Source: an uncultured delta proteobacterium
GTDB taxonomy: Bacteria > Myxococcota > Myxococcia > Myxococcales > Myxococcaceae
Assembly: GCA_963776345.1 (NCBI GenBank)
Contig: CAVZMH010000015.1
Coordinates: 384,001 to 448,000, forward strand
Direction of reading: 5' to 3'
Length of the DNA: 64,000 nucleotides
Positions 19,041 to 29,541 of this stretch are shown here, piece by piece; positions within the stretch are counted from its first letter, which is position 1; the number at the start of each line of letters is the position of its first letter. The notes under the pieces are model-generated. The model worked only from the letters and a program-made list of their open reading frames with translations, was not told the origin of the DNA and did no database searches. Made by a program: the position numbers and the translations under genes.

Positions 19041-19124
19041 CCTCTTCGGCGCGTGTCAGCAGGGGGCAGCTCAGCTAGAAGGCTCCCCCGGAACCGCCGC
19101 CTTCACCACTCGAGGAGTCTGGGC

Positions 19125-19688
19125 ATGGACAAGAAGGGTTCGTCGTTTTCCAGCGACATCGCCGCCATCCGGAAGCGGGCGCGCGCCCATCTGGAGCGGG
19201 GCGCGGTCACCGAGAACTACGGGCTGGACGTGAAGACCGCCATCGCTCTGCTCAACGGGGCCGTGGCCACGGAGATCGTCTGCGTCCTCCGCTACAAGGC
19301 GCACGCGGTCATCGCCACCGGGCTCGCCAGCGAATCGGTGAAGGAGGAGTTCGCCCAGCACGCCAAGGAAGAGGAGGCCCACCTCGACTGGCTCGCCGAG
19401 CGGATCAATCAGCTGGGAGGAAAGCCCAACTTCAATCCCGATGGAATCACCGGGCGTGCGTCGTCCCAGTTCGTCGAGGGCGAGAACCTGGTGGACATGA
19501 TCCGCGAAAACCTGGTCGCCGAGCGGATCGCCATCGAGCACTACCGGGACCTGATCGCCTGGTTCGGAGAGAAGGACTCGACCACCCGGACCCTGCTGGA
19601 GCGGATCCTCGCCCAGGAAGAGGAGCACGCCAACGACATGCATGATCTCCTGGTGGCCCACGAGGGCAGGCCGATGCTCAAGCGGTGA
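19125..19688 (+). CDS. Ferritin-like / bacterioferritin-related protein
   Basis: ATEIVCVLRY, EEEAH, LAERINQLGG, ENLVAERIAIEHY, EEEHA diiron ExxH motifs; GAGGAG RBS. Confidence 0.88.
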   Translation: MDKKGSSFSSDIAAIRKRARAHLERGAVTENYGLDVKTAIALLNGAVATEIVCVLRYKAHAVIATGLASESVKEEFAQHAKEEEAHLDWLAERINQLGGKPNFNPDGITGRASSQFVEGENLVDMIRENLVAERIAIEHYRDLIAWFGEKDSTTRTLLERILAQEEEHANDMHDLLVAHEGRPMLKR

Positions 19689-19830
19689 CTTCACCTTCGC
19701 CACCGTTGGCGTTGATGTGGAAGGCTGGGGCTCGCTGCTCGGGGAGGTCGAGCGAGCCAGTCGCGCGTGAAGCTGCGTGGGGTCGTTGGGCCGACCAGGA
19801 CCCCTCGGTCGAGGTGGAGAGCCTCCATTG

Positions 19831-21564
19831 GTGAGACGGGCATCAGCGCCTGCGGTCCCCCGGATCGCCGTCGTCCTGACCGTGGCCGGGTTCTCCGGCG
19901 CCGCGGGGGCCGCTCCGGCCCGGTGCGATCGGAGGCTGACCGCGAGGCCGTCGACCCTCCCCGCCGGTCTCCACCTGGCCCGCGTGCGCATTCCCGCAAG
20001 CTCTCCCGACATCCAGCTCCGCGCCAGCAGCGGAACGGCCGGGCTTCCGGTGAGCGCGGGCACCGGCGCCATGGTCGTGGAGTTCACGGCCGACCCTCGC
20101 TCGCCGCCGCTGGTGATCATCGCCGCGGTGGGCGGGAGCTTCTGCGGGTTCTCGGTCGTTCGCGTCGGTTCGGCAGACGCCGCAGTCGCCCCGGGCCCGG
20201 TGACCCTGGTGGTGAACGAGCCGTCCACGGCGCCGGGCGATGCGGACACCGAGGTGCGGGTGTACGTCTTCGCGGTCGACAAGCACGGCGCGCCCCGCCG
20301 CGGAACCGCCCCCGCCTTCCAGCCGGGTGCTGGATCCATCACCGGGGTCAAACCGCTCGGGCCTGGAGTCTGGCGGGGCCGATGGAAGGTCCCAGCCGGG
20401 AAGGCCGACGAAACCCGGATGGAGGTGGCCTTCGGGTCGGAGGCGCTCACCCGGGGAGCCGTCGCCAGGAGGGCCGGCCTGCCCGCGGCGCTGGAGATCG
20501 AGGAGGATCCGGCAAGCAACGCCAACGGCATTCCGGGGGCAGTCATCGTCCGGATCCGGGATTCCGCCGGCAACCTCACCGATGGAACCCTGAAGCTGGA
20601 GGCCGACGTGGCGACGATGGGGGTGCCGGTCCGCCTCGAGCGCGGGATCTACCGCGCGCCGCTGCTCGTGACGACGGAGACGCACCGGAAGTCGTTATTC
20701 GTCAGTGCGACCGCCAACCGGATCTTCGCCAGCGCCACGCTCGTCATCGCGTCCCCGCCTGCGGCGATGGTCACGGTTGGACCGCCCGGGCCGATCCTGG
20801 CCCCTGGGTCCTCTCAGGGGAGGCCGGTGGTCCTCCTCCCGGTCACGGTGGCCGACGCCTCTGGCAATCCGGTGAACGACGTCCCGGTGGGCTCGGCACA
20901 GCTCGGCGAGTTTCTCGATGCCCAGGTCGTGGGCCCGGGGTCCTGGACTCTGCCCTACCGTCCGCCGCGCGTGCTGGAGGACTCGGTCGATCACATCACT
21001 GTCCGGGCCGGCACCGTCTCCACCGACGCGGATCTTCATATCTCGGCCGATCGCTTCTCGGGCTCCGTCGGCCTGAAGGCGGGGATGGTGGTGGCGAACG
21101 GCGTCGGGCCAGGCGCCGGGGTCGAGGGCTCGGCGTGGGCGCCCGTCGGGGGTACCCAGCTGGGGCTGACGCTCGACCTGAGCTGGTGGACGCTGTCGCA
21201 GACGAGCGCCGCAACGGTCGGCGGCGCAACCTCGACCTATCACGCCAGGCAGAACTATCTCCCGGTGCTGCTCTCCTTCTCCTTGAGGAAGCTGTTCACC
21301 AAGCGGTGGCTGCTCTGGGCGAGCGCCGGCGGAGGGGTTGCCGTGGTCTGGAACAACTCGCAGTTCGGCGGCCAGACGTCGGTGAGCGAGAGCGGGCTTG
21401 CTCCGGCCGCCAGTGCCTCCGTCTCCGCCGGGCCGCGCCTGGGGCCGGGCGCGCCGTTCCTCGAGCTGCGGGGCACCTGGATCGGCGATGCGAAGCTCTC
21501 GACCCTGACCGGGTCCACCGTCAACTTCCTGGTCCTGCTCGGGTATCGGTTCGATGTCATCTAG
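19831..21564 (+). CDS. Secreted protein with Ig-like beta domains and probable C-terminal outer-membrane beta-barrel (start approximate)
   Basis: Signal-like N-terminus; invasin-like segments (VRIRDSAGN, VTVADASGNPV); last ~180 aa show alternating amphipathic strands ending VLLGYRFDVI. Confidence 0.6.
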   Translation: MRRASAPAVPRIAVVLTVAGFSGAAGAAPARCDRRLTARPSTLPAGLHLARVRIPASSPDIQLRASSGTAGLPVSAGTGAMVVEFTADPRSPPLVIIAAVGGSFCGFSVVRVGSADAAVAPGPVTLVVNEPSTAPGDADTEVRVYVFAVDKHGAPRRGTAPAFQPGAGSITGVKPLGPGVWRGRWKVPAGKADETRMEVAFGSEALTRGAVARRAGLPAALEIEEDPASNANGIPGAVIVRIRDSAGNLTDGTLKLEADVATMGVPVRLERGIYRAPLLVTTETHRKSLFVSATANRIFASATLVIASPPAAMVTVGPPGPILAPGSSQGRPVVLLPVTVADASGNPVNDVPVGSAQLGEFLDAQVVGPGSWTLPYRPPRVLEDSVDHITVRAGTVSTDADLHISADRFSGSVGLKAGMVVANGVGPGAGVEGSAWAPVGGTQLGLTLDLSWWTLSQTSAATVGGATSTYHARQNYLPVLLSFSLRKLFTKRWLLWASAGGGVAVVWNNSQFGGQTSVSESGLAPAASASVSAGPRLGPGAPFLELRGTWIGDAKLSTLTGSTVNFLVLLGYRFDVI

Positions 21565-24500
21565 GCGCCGAGCGTTTCTTGTCCTCGCGGTCCTCGCCCT
21601 GGCCCGGTGCGGAGGCTCCGCCTTTCCCAATCCAGCGCCCACTGCGGTGGTGCCGGACCGTGGCTTCACCGGAAACGCCACCCCGATCGTCATCCACGGC
21701 ACCGGGTTCTCCGTCCGAGCCGTCCAGCCAGCGTCCGGCGGTGCTCTCACGATCGACGAGACCTTCCAGGCCTGGTTGGGAAACGACGCGCTGCTCGACG
21801 TCCACGGGGTCGACGAGCAGACGCTCACCGCCACCGTCCCCCCGGGGCTGACCCCGGGTCTGAAGTCACTGCGCGTCCAGGGGCCGTTCGGCACCTCCGG
21901 GGAGCTGGCGCAGGCCTTCACCGTGGAGGGCACGGCGCTGGCGTCGATCACGCTGGACATCGCCGCCGCACCGGCCACCGTCAGCGAGGGCCAGTCGATC
22001 TCGGTCACGGTGACGGTGACGAACACCGGAAGCACGGCGGCCACCAACGCGGTTCCCGACACACCGACGGTGGCCGGGACCGGCACGGTGAGCTTGTCCA
22101 CCGGTCCGGCTCCGACCTCCATCGCCACCCTGGGGCCCGGCGACTCGGGGACCTTCACCTGGACCTACCTGGCGACCGGCGCCGGGACGCTGAGCTTCGC
22201 GGCGTCGGCCCATGCGACCGACACGTTCTCCGGGACGACCGTCAGCGCGTTCACCGACCCCACGAAGCCGGCGCAGGTCACGGTGCAGCACCCGGCCGCT
22301 CTCGCCGCGACCTTCCCCGCTTCCGGGTCCGCGGCCTTCGGCCAGGAGTTCCCGGTCACCATGACCGTCACCAGCGTGGGCGGAGCGGCGGTCGAGAACG
22401 TGATCCCCGCGGCGCCCACGGTGAATCCGGCCGGCCTGGTCACCCTGAAGACCGGGACGGACCGGTCCCGGCATCCGTCGCCTCGCTCAGCTCGGGCGAG
22501 AGCACCACCTTCACCTGGACCTTCGTGGCCGGCAACACGCCGGGCACGGTGCAGTTCTCTTCGAGCGCGGCCGGGAACGACGCCAACTCGGGCGCGGCGG
22601 TCGCTTCGGGCACCGCCACCTCTGGCAACTTCACCATCGGCGCGGCCGCGATCAATGCCACCCTCTCTGCCTCGCCGGCGACTGCCAGCATCGGTCAGGC
22701 AATCACCTTGACCCTGAAGCTGACCAACCCCGGGCTCGCCGACGTCCGCAACTTCACGGTGGGTACACCCAGCGTCAGCTCGACCGATGGCGCCAACGCC
22801 ACCCTGACCGCGGGCCCCTCTCCGGCACCGCCCGCGGTGCTCGCGGCGGGACAGACCGTCACCATCACCTGGACCTACAGTCCGGCGCTGATGCCGGGTC
22901 TCTCCTCGGGGCACCTCAGCTATCTGGTGACGGCGACCGGCGTCGACGCGTTCTCCGGCGGAACCATCGCCGCGCAGCCCACCGCCTCGTCCACCGTCCA
23001 GTCCCCGGCGGCGCTGACCGCGACCCTCACCCCGGAGCGCACGCCGCCGGTTCCCACCGGCCAGCCCTTCACGGTGAACACCGGCCAGGTCTTCACCATG
23101 AGCCTGGCGCTGAGCAACACCGGCGGGGCGGCGGCAGTGGCCGTGACCCCCACTCCGATCCCCGGCTGCGGGGCTCCATCTCCCGCCTCCGCCACCGTCA
23201 ACCCAGGCAGTCCGGTGGTCTTCGCCTACGCGAGCTGTTCCTCGGCCACGGCAGGGACCCTGACCCGCTCGGCGTCCGCATCCGGCACCGACGCGAACAA
23301 CCCGTCGCTGGTGGTGACCTCGAACACCGCGACCGCCACGGTGGTGGTGCAGACTCCGGCGGCCGTCGCGGCGACCGCGCTGACGACGACACCGGCAACC
23401 CTCACCGCCGGCCAGGGATTCACCGTCACCCTGACCCTGACCAAGTCCGGTTCGGCGGCGGCCAACGTCACCGGGGTGTCGCTCACCGGCACGACCTGCG
23501 CCACCGCTCCACCGATGCCGGTGAACGCCATCGGCACCACGTTGAACCTCACCTGGTCCGGGTGCACGGCGCCCTCGACGCCGCAGACGCTGACACTCGG
23601 GGGGTCCGCGGCCTGGCAGGACGCCAACACCGGCGTGACCCAGACCGCGGGACCGGCGACTGCCGCGGTCCAGGTGGTGAGCGGCGCGGAGGTGACTGCG
23701 ACCACCATCGCCACGACACCCCCGACGCTCAGCGCGGGACAGACGTTCACCATCACTCTCACCCTCGCGAAGTCGGGCGGGGCCACGGCGAACGTGACCG
23801 GCGCGTCGATGAACGACGCTTCGTCCTGCCAGACCGCGCCCACGTTCCCGATCAACAACATCCCGGCGACCCAGACCCTCGTCTGGAGCAACTGCACGGC
23901 GCCGGCGACGCCCGGACCGCTCGCGCTGGCTGGATCGGCGACCTGGGTGGACGCCAACGCTCCGACCGTCGTCAACACCACGAACCTGGCGGCGGCGGCG
24001 ATCACGGTTCAGGCGCCGGCTGCCTGGCGGCCAGCTTCCAGGCCCAGCCGCCAGCGACCGCGAGCGTCGGACAACCCCTGGCACTCACGGTGAATGTGAC
24101 GAACACCGCCGCCGCGGGCGGCGCCGCAGCGAACGGCGTGACTGTCACGCCCTCCACCACCGGGACGGCGACCGCCTCCTGTACCGCCGCGAGCCCGGGG
24201 GCCTCGAGCATCAATGCCGGCACGACCCTGCCATTCACCTTCACCTGTACGCCCCTCACCACGGGTACGCTCGCCGTCGTCGCCACGGTGAGCGGGACGG
24301 CAGCGAACAGCGGAAACGCGCTCACGGCCTCAGCCACGACCACGCCGGCGACGACGATCCAGGCGCCAGCCGGCCTGGCGGTGACCTTCGCGGCTCAGCC
24401 CCCGGCGTCGGTCAACGCGGGACAGCTCATCTCGCTGACCGCGAACGTCCGCAACACCGCACCGGCTGGGGGCGCGGCGGCGAATTCGGTCACGGTCACG

Positions 24501-24962
24501 CCGACCGTCAACACCGTGAGCGGGACGGCTGCCGCCACCTGCACTGCGGCGTCTCCCGGTGCCTCGACAATCAGCGCCAACTCCACCGTGGCTTTCAGCT
24601 TCGGTTGCACGACCTCGGGCGCTGGGACCCTCACTTTCACCGCGACTGCCAACGGCACCGCGGCCAACACCGGCACCGCGCTCGTCGCCGCGGCGACCAC
24701 CTCGCCGGCGACGACGGTCATCGCGCCGCTCGTCATCACGCCCGCGACGGCAAGGGTGCCCCATAACAAGAGCCGGACCTTCACCGCCAGCGGGGGGAGC
24801 GGGACTGGCTATACCTGGTCGCTGTCGACCAACGCCTCGGGCGGCTCCATCGACCCCGCCACCGGCGTCTACACGGCCGGGGCCACGCGCAACGTGACCG
24901 ACGTGGTGCGCGTGCAGGACTCCCTGGGGAACTCCGCGACCGCCAGCGTGACGGTGACGTAG
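21554..24962 (+). CDS. Large Thr/Ala-rich Ig-repeat surface lipoprotein (IPT/TIG-like + 8 'GQ' repeats + terminal Ig module); two frameshifts near 22458 and 24024
   Basis: LALARC lipobox-like signal; repeats of form P.T...GQ...VT.TV.N.G...FTWT; coding continues across ORFs 21554, 21607 and 23562 through single-base deletions. Confidence 0.75.
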
Positions 24963-25151
24963 ACCGTCTGCAGGCCGAGACCCCTCGTTCGGCCCGCTGC
25001 CCTGGTCATCGTTGGCGATGAGCTGGAGCGAGCATCTGGCGTCAAGGTCGACTGGCACGCGCTCCAGGCCGGGCGGAGCGGCAGCGACGACTGGATCAAG
25101 CAGTCGCCGACGCGTCGCATCTCGATCCCTCCGTTAGATGCGGCCCGCCCT

Positions 25152-25179
25152 TCGAAGACCCGGGTTGTTCTTCCTTGGA
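25152..25179 (+). repeat. 28-bp direct repeat, copy 2
   Basis: TCGAAGACCCGGGTTGTTCTTCCTTGGA. Confidence 0.9.
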
Positions 25180-25296
25180 GGTTGCGTTTCGCCGGCCTCG
25201 GACGTACGTCGGCGAGACGCGAGGGGGCCTCTCGTCTGGCAGGCGCGCCTGTGACCGCACCGTGACATGTGCCGCCCTCGGCTGGAGGCACGTCCC

Positions 25297-28089
25297 GTGG
25301 ACACCGTTCGCTCTCGCCGACCCTCGATTCCCGGCTTGCTCGTTCTGTGGCTGGCCCTGTCGACCACGCTGCTGCTCTCCGCGTGTTCGGGCTCGAGCAC
25401 GAAGACGCTCCAGTCGATCGGGGTGACTCCATCCAATCCCTCGCTCGGCGCCGGCACGACACTCCAGCTGACGGCGACCGGGACGTACTCCGACCAGTCC
25501 ACGCAGGACCTCACTCCCTCCGCCGCCTGGACGTCCTCGGATGCCGGCGTGGTCACCGTCTCCAGCGCCGGGCTGATCACCGCCGTCGCCCCCGGGTCCG
25601 CCACGGTCACCGCCACCAGCGGAAGCGTGGTTGGTTCGACCACCGTCACGGTGACCGCGGTGACGCTCCAGTCGATTGCACTGACCCCCGCCGCGCCCTC
25701 GATCGCCAAGGGGACCACGCAGCAGTTCACCGCCATGGGCAGCTTCTCCGACGGGAGCACTCAGAACCTCACCAGCCAGGCCACCTGGACCTCGTCCGCT
25801 CCCACCATCGCGACGGTCTCCAATGCCGCCGGATCGAAAGGACTCGGCACCGGCGTCGCGGTCGGGACGGCCACCATCAGCGCAGCACTGAACGGCGTCA
25901 CTGGCTCGACCACGCTGGCGGTGACCACCGCCACCCTGCAGTCCATCGGCGTCACTCCGGCCAACCCCTCGATCGCCAAGGGGACCACCCGGCAGTTCAC
26001 CGCCACCGGCACCTATTCAGACACCTCCACGCAGGACCTCACCACGCAGGTGACCTGGGCCTCCTCGGCGACCACCGTGGCCACCATCTCCAACGCCGCG
26101 GGCACCGCCGGGCGGGCCACCGCCATCGACGTGGGGCCGACGACCATCTCCGCCACGTTCGGAGGAACGACCGGCTCCACCGTCCTCACCGTGACCACGG
26201 CCGCCCTGCAGTCCATCGCCGTCACACCCCCCAACCCATCGGTGGCCAAGGGCAACACCGTGCAGTTCACCGCCACCGGGAGCTACTCCGACAACAGCAC
26301 CCACGACATCACCGGCCAGGTGACCTGGGCGTCCGCGACGACCTCCGTTGCCACCATCTCCAATGCCGCGGGGAGCCAGGGGCTGGCCAGCACGCTCGGG
26401 GTCGGGACCAGCACCATCTCCGCTTCGCTCGGAGGGACGACCGGCTCGACCGTCCTCACCGCGACCACGGCCACCCTGCAATCCATCGCCGTCACGCCGC
26501 CCAATCCATCGGCTGCCAAGGGCAGCACCCTGCAGTTCACCGCCACCGGCACCTATTCAGACACCTCGACGCAGGACCTCACCACGCAGGTGACCTGGAC
26601 CTCCGCGACGACCTCCGTGGCCAACATCTCCAATGCTGCCGGGTCGAAGGGCCTGGCCACCGCGGTGAACGTCGGAACCTCGACGGTCTCCGCCGCCCTC
26701 TCGGGAGTGACCGGATCCACCCTCCTTACCGTGACCGCGGCCACCCTGCAGGCCATCGCCGTCACGCCGACCAATCCCTCGGTCGCCAAGGGCAGCCCGG
26801 TACAATTCACTGCCACTGGCACGTTCTCGGACAACACCACTCAGGACATCACCAACCAGGTGACCTGGGCGTCCTCGGTGATCACCGTGGCCACCATCTC
26901 CAACGCTGCGGGGTCGAAGGGCCTGGCGAGCACGCTCCAGGTGGGAACCACCAGCATCTCCGCGGCGCTCTCGGGAAAGACCGGCGGATCGGCGCTGACC
27001 GTGACTGCGGCCACCCTCCAGTCGATCTCGGTCACCCCCGCCACTCCCAGTCGGCCGGCGCCGATCACCCTGGCCTTCACCGCCACCGGCATCTTCACCG
27101 ATGGAACGACCCAGGATCTGACGACCCAGGTCACGTGGTCGTCGTCCAGCCTGGGGGTGGCGACCATCTCCAACGCCGCGGGCTCGATCGGAGTGGCCAC
27201 TCCCGTTGCCCCTGGGACCACCACCATCCGCGCCACCCTGGGAACGGTAAGCGGATCGACGGTCTTCACCGTCACCTCCGCCACCCTGAACTCCATCGGC
27301 GTTACCCCGGCCAACCCCTCGATCGCCAAGGGCACCACCGAGCAGTTCACCGCCACCGGGAACTACTCGGACGGGAGCACCTTCGACCTCACCCAGACTG
27401 CCACCTGGGCCTCCTCGATGACCTCGGTGGCGACCATCTCCAATGCGGCGGGAACCAAGGGCAAGGCCAGTGCCGCCGGAGTCGGAACCACCTCCATCTC
27501 CGCCACCTTCGGTGGGAAGACTGGCTCGACCATCCTGACGGTGACTCCGGCCACCCTGGTGTCGCTCGCCGTGACCCCAACGGCTCCCTCCATCGCCCGT
27601 GGATTGACCCAGCAGTTCGTCGCCACCGGAACCTTCAGCGACGGCAGCACCCAGGTGTTGACCTCCACCGTCACCTGGTCGTCCAGCAACGCCGTGGTGG
27701 CGTCCATCGCCAACGTGGGCTCACCCGGCCTGGCCACCGGACTCTCGGTGGGGAGTTCCACCATCCAGGCCGCGGTGGGGACCATCACCGCTTCCGCGAC
27801 CCTCAAGGTGACCGACGCCATCCTGGTCTCGATCGCGGTGAGCCCGGACAATGTCACCATTCCCAGGACCACCACCGAGCAGTTCGCCGCGCTCGGAACC
27901 TTCAGCGACTCCGCAACGGCGGACCTCACCACGCAGGTGACCTGGAGCTCGTCGGACGACACCGTGATCGTCATCTCCAATGCCGCGCTCTCCCAGGGCC
28001 TTGCCACCGCCCTGGCAAAGGGCAACAACATCACCATCACCGCCACCAAGGGATCGGTGAGCGGGACGGCGACGGCCAAGGTCCCCTAG
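25297..28089 (+). CDS. Big_2 (bacterial Ig-like group 2) repeat lipoprotein, 10 tandem ~90-aa domains
   Basis: GGAGG RBS then GTG; lipobox LLSAC; ten LQSIxVTPxxP...QFTATGTxSD...DLTxQVTWxS repeats resembling Lig/intimin-type domains. Confidence 0.88.
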   Translation: MDTVRSRRPSIPGLLVLWLALSTTLLLSACSGSSTKTLQSIGVTPSNPSLGAGTTLQLTATGTYSDQSTQDLTPSAAWTSSDAGVVTVSSAGLITAVAPGSATVTATSGSVVGSTTVTVTAVTLQSIALTPAAPSIAKGTTQQFTAMGSFSDGSTQNLTSQATWTSSAPTIATVSNAAGSKGLGTGVAVGTATISAALNGVTGSTTLAVTTATLQSIGVTPANPSIAKGTTRQFTATGTYSDTSTQDLTTQVTWASSATTVATISNAAGTAGRATAIDVGPTTISATFGGTTGSTVLTVTTAALQSIAVTPPNPSVAKGNTVQFTATGSYSDNSTHDITGQVTWASATTSVATISNAAGSQGLASTLGVGTSTISASLGGTTGSTVLTATTATLQSIAVTPPNPSAAKGSTLQFTATGTYSDTSTQDLTTQVTWTSATTSVANISNAAGSKGLATAVNVGTSTVSAALSGVTGSTLLTVTAATLQAIAVTPTNPSVAKGSPVQFTATGTFSDNTTQDITNQVTWASSVITVATISNAAGSKGLASTLQVGTTSISAALSGKTGGSALTVTAATLQSISVTPATPSRPAPITLAFTATGIFTDGTTQDLTTQVTWSSSSLGVATISNAAGSIGVATPVAPGTTTIRATLGTVSGSTVFTVTSATLNSIGVTPANPSIAKGTTEQFTATGNYSDGSTFDLTQTATWASSMTSVATISNAAGTKGKASAAGVGTTSISATFGGKTGSTILTVTPATLVSLAVTPTAPSIARGLTQQFVATGTFSDGSTQVLTSTVTWSSSNAVVASIANVGSPGLATGLSVGSSTIQAAVGTITASATLKVTDAILVSIAVSPDNVTIPRTTTEQFAALGTFSDSATADLTTQVTWSSSDDTVIVISNAALSQGLATALAKGNNITITATKGSVSGTATAKVP

Positions 28090-28218
28090 AAGCCGGTCCG
28101 GATGCCGGGGCCCGCCCGGCTGATCCTGAGACGCTGGCTCCGACTCCGCTCTGGGCGGCACCGGCGACCAGTCGGTGAACTGCGCCCCATGCTAAAGACC
28201 GCGGCAGAAGGAGCAATC

Positions 28219-29541
28219 ATGCCCGAGGCAGAGAAGCTTCCTCCGGGGTCAAGCGGGTTGCCACTCGTTGGCGAGACGCTCCCGTTCATCTCCGACATGT
28301 TCGGGTTCATTCGCGCACGTACCGAGCGGTACGGGCCCGTCTTTCGTTCGAACATCCTCGGCCACCCCACCGCCTTCATCTCCGGGCCCGAGGTCACCGA
28401 CCAATGGCTCGACGAGAGCAAGATCCAGCGCGCGGACTCGTTTCCCGCGCCGGTGAGGCAGCTCTTCGGCGGGCCCGGGATCCTGCCGTTGATGGACGGC
28501 GCAGAGCACCGCCAGCGCAAGGAGCTGCTCATGGCGGCGTTCACGCGGGAGGCGCTCGCCAGCTACCTCCCCGCGCTGCAGCGAATCATCGAATCAGCCC
28601 TCTCGCGCTGGGCCACGGGCGTCGAGCGGCCGCTCCTGCCCCAGCTGAAGCTCCTCGCGGTCGAGGGTATCTGCGCCAACGTGCTCGGAATGGAGACAGG
28701 GCCGGAGCTGGAGCGGCTCGTGGCCGACTACGGCGTGCTCTTCAAGGGATTCACCGGCTTGCCCCTCGACCTGCCCGGCTTCTCGTTTCACGCTGCGCTG
28801 CAGGCGCGCGATCGCATCCTCGCGCAGCTCGCCGGGCAGGTGCAGCGTCACCAGGCGGGCAAGTTCGACGACGGCCTCTCTCGCGTGCTGGCGGCGCGCA
28901 CCGCCGACGGCAAGGGGATGGCCCCCGAGCACGCCACGAAGGAGATGCACCACGTGGTGCTGGCCGGGGTGATCGTCTTTGCCGAGCTGGGCGCGATGAT
29001 GCTCGAGCTGTCCAGACATCCCAAGGTGCGCGAGAAGCTGGTCGCCGAGGTGAAGGCGGCGGCCCCCGCGGGCCCGGTGACGCCCGCCCAGTTGCGGCAG
29101 ATGGCTTACCTCGATCAGGTGGTCATGGAGGTGAAGCGGACCTGCCCCAACGTGCCGGTCAGCTTCGGCCGGGCCAGGGTCCCCATCCACATCGGCGAGG
29201 CGACCATCCCGGCGGGCTGGAACGTGATGATGGCGATCGGCGAGCACAACCGGAACGCCATCTTCACCGAGCCGGAGAAGTTCGATCCCGATCGCTTCGG
29301 GGAGCCGCGCGCCGAGCAACGCCGGCACCCGCACGCGTTCGCGCCGCAGGGTGCCGGCTCGGTGCTCGGCGGACACAAGTGCGCGGGCTACGACTACTCG
29401 ACGGTGTTCATCCAGCTCTTCACGGTGCTGCTCGCGCGCGGATACGCGTGGGAGGTTCCGCCGCAGGATCTCTCGGTGAACCGCGCGCTGGTCCCGCCCG
29501 AGCTCAAGAGCGGGCTGCGGGTGGTGATCCGGAAGCTCTGA
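28219..29541 (+). CDS. Cytochrome P450 (atypical)
   Basis: LPPGSSGLPLVGET, ExxR (EVKR), FDPDRF, heme Cys in FAPQGAGSVLGGHKCAG; AAGGAG RBS. Confidence 0.92.
   Translation: MPEAEKLPPGSSGLPLVGETLPFISDMFGFIRARTERYGPVFRSNILGHPTAFISGPEVTDQWLDESKIQRADSFPAPVRQLFGGPGILPLMDGAEHRQRKELLMAAFTREALASYLPALQRIIESALSRWATGVERPLLPQLKLLAVEGICANVLGMETGPELERLVADYGVLFKGFTGLPLDLPGFSFHAALQARDRILAQLAGQVQRHQAGKFDDGLSRVLAARTADGKGMAPEHATKEMHHVVLAGVIVFAELGAMMLELSRHPKVREKLVAEVKAAAPAGPVTPAQLRQMAYLDQVVMEVKRTCPNVPVSFGRARVPIHIGEATIPAGWNVMMAIGEHNRNAIFTEPEKFDPDRFGEPRAEQRRHPHAFAPQGAGSVLGGHKCAGYDYSTVFIQLFTVLLARGYAWEVPPQDLSVNRALVPPELKSGLRVVIRKL

Noticed and set aside
25250..25267. TGT-N12-ACA enhancer-like site before the Big_2 gene
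   Set aside because: Too little information content, and no convincing sigma-54 promoter downstream.
25400..28080. CRISPR array or non-coding tandem repeat
   Set aside because: The ~270-nt period is in-frame protein-domain repetition; there are no unique spacers and no cas genes.
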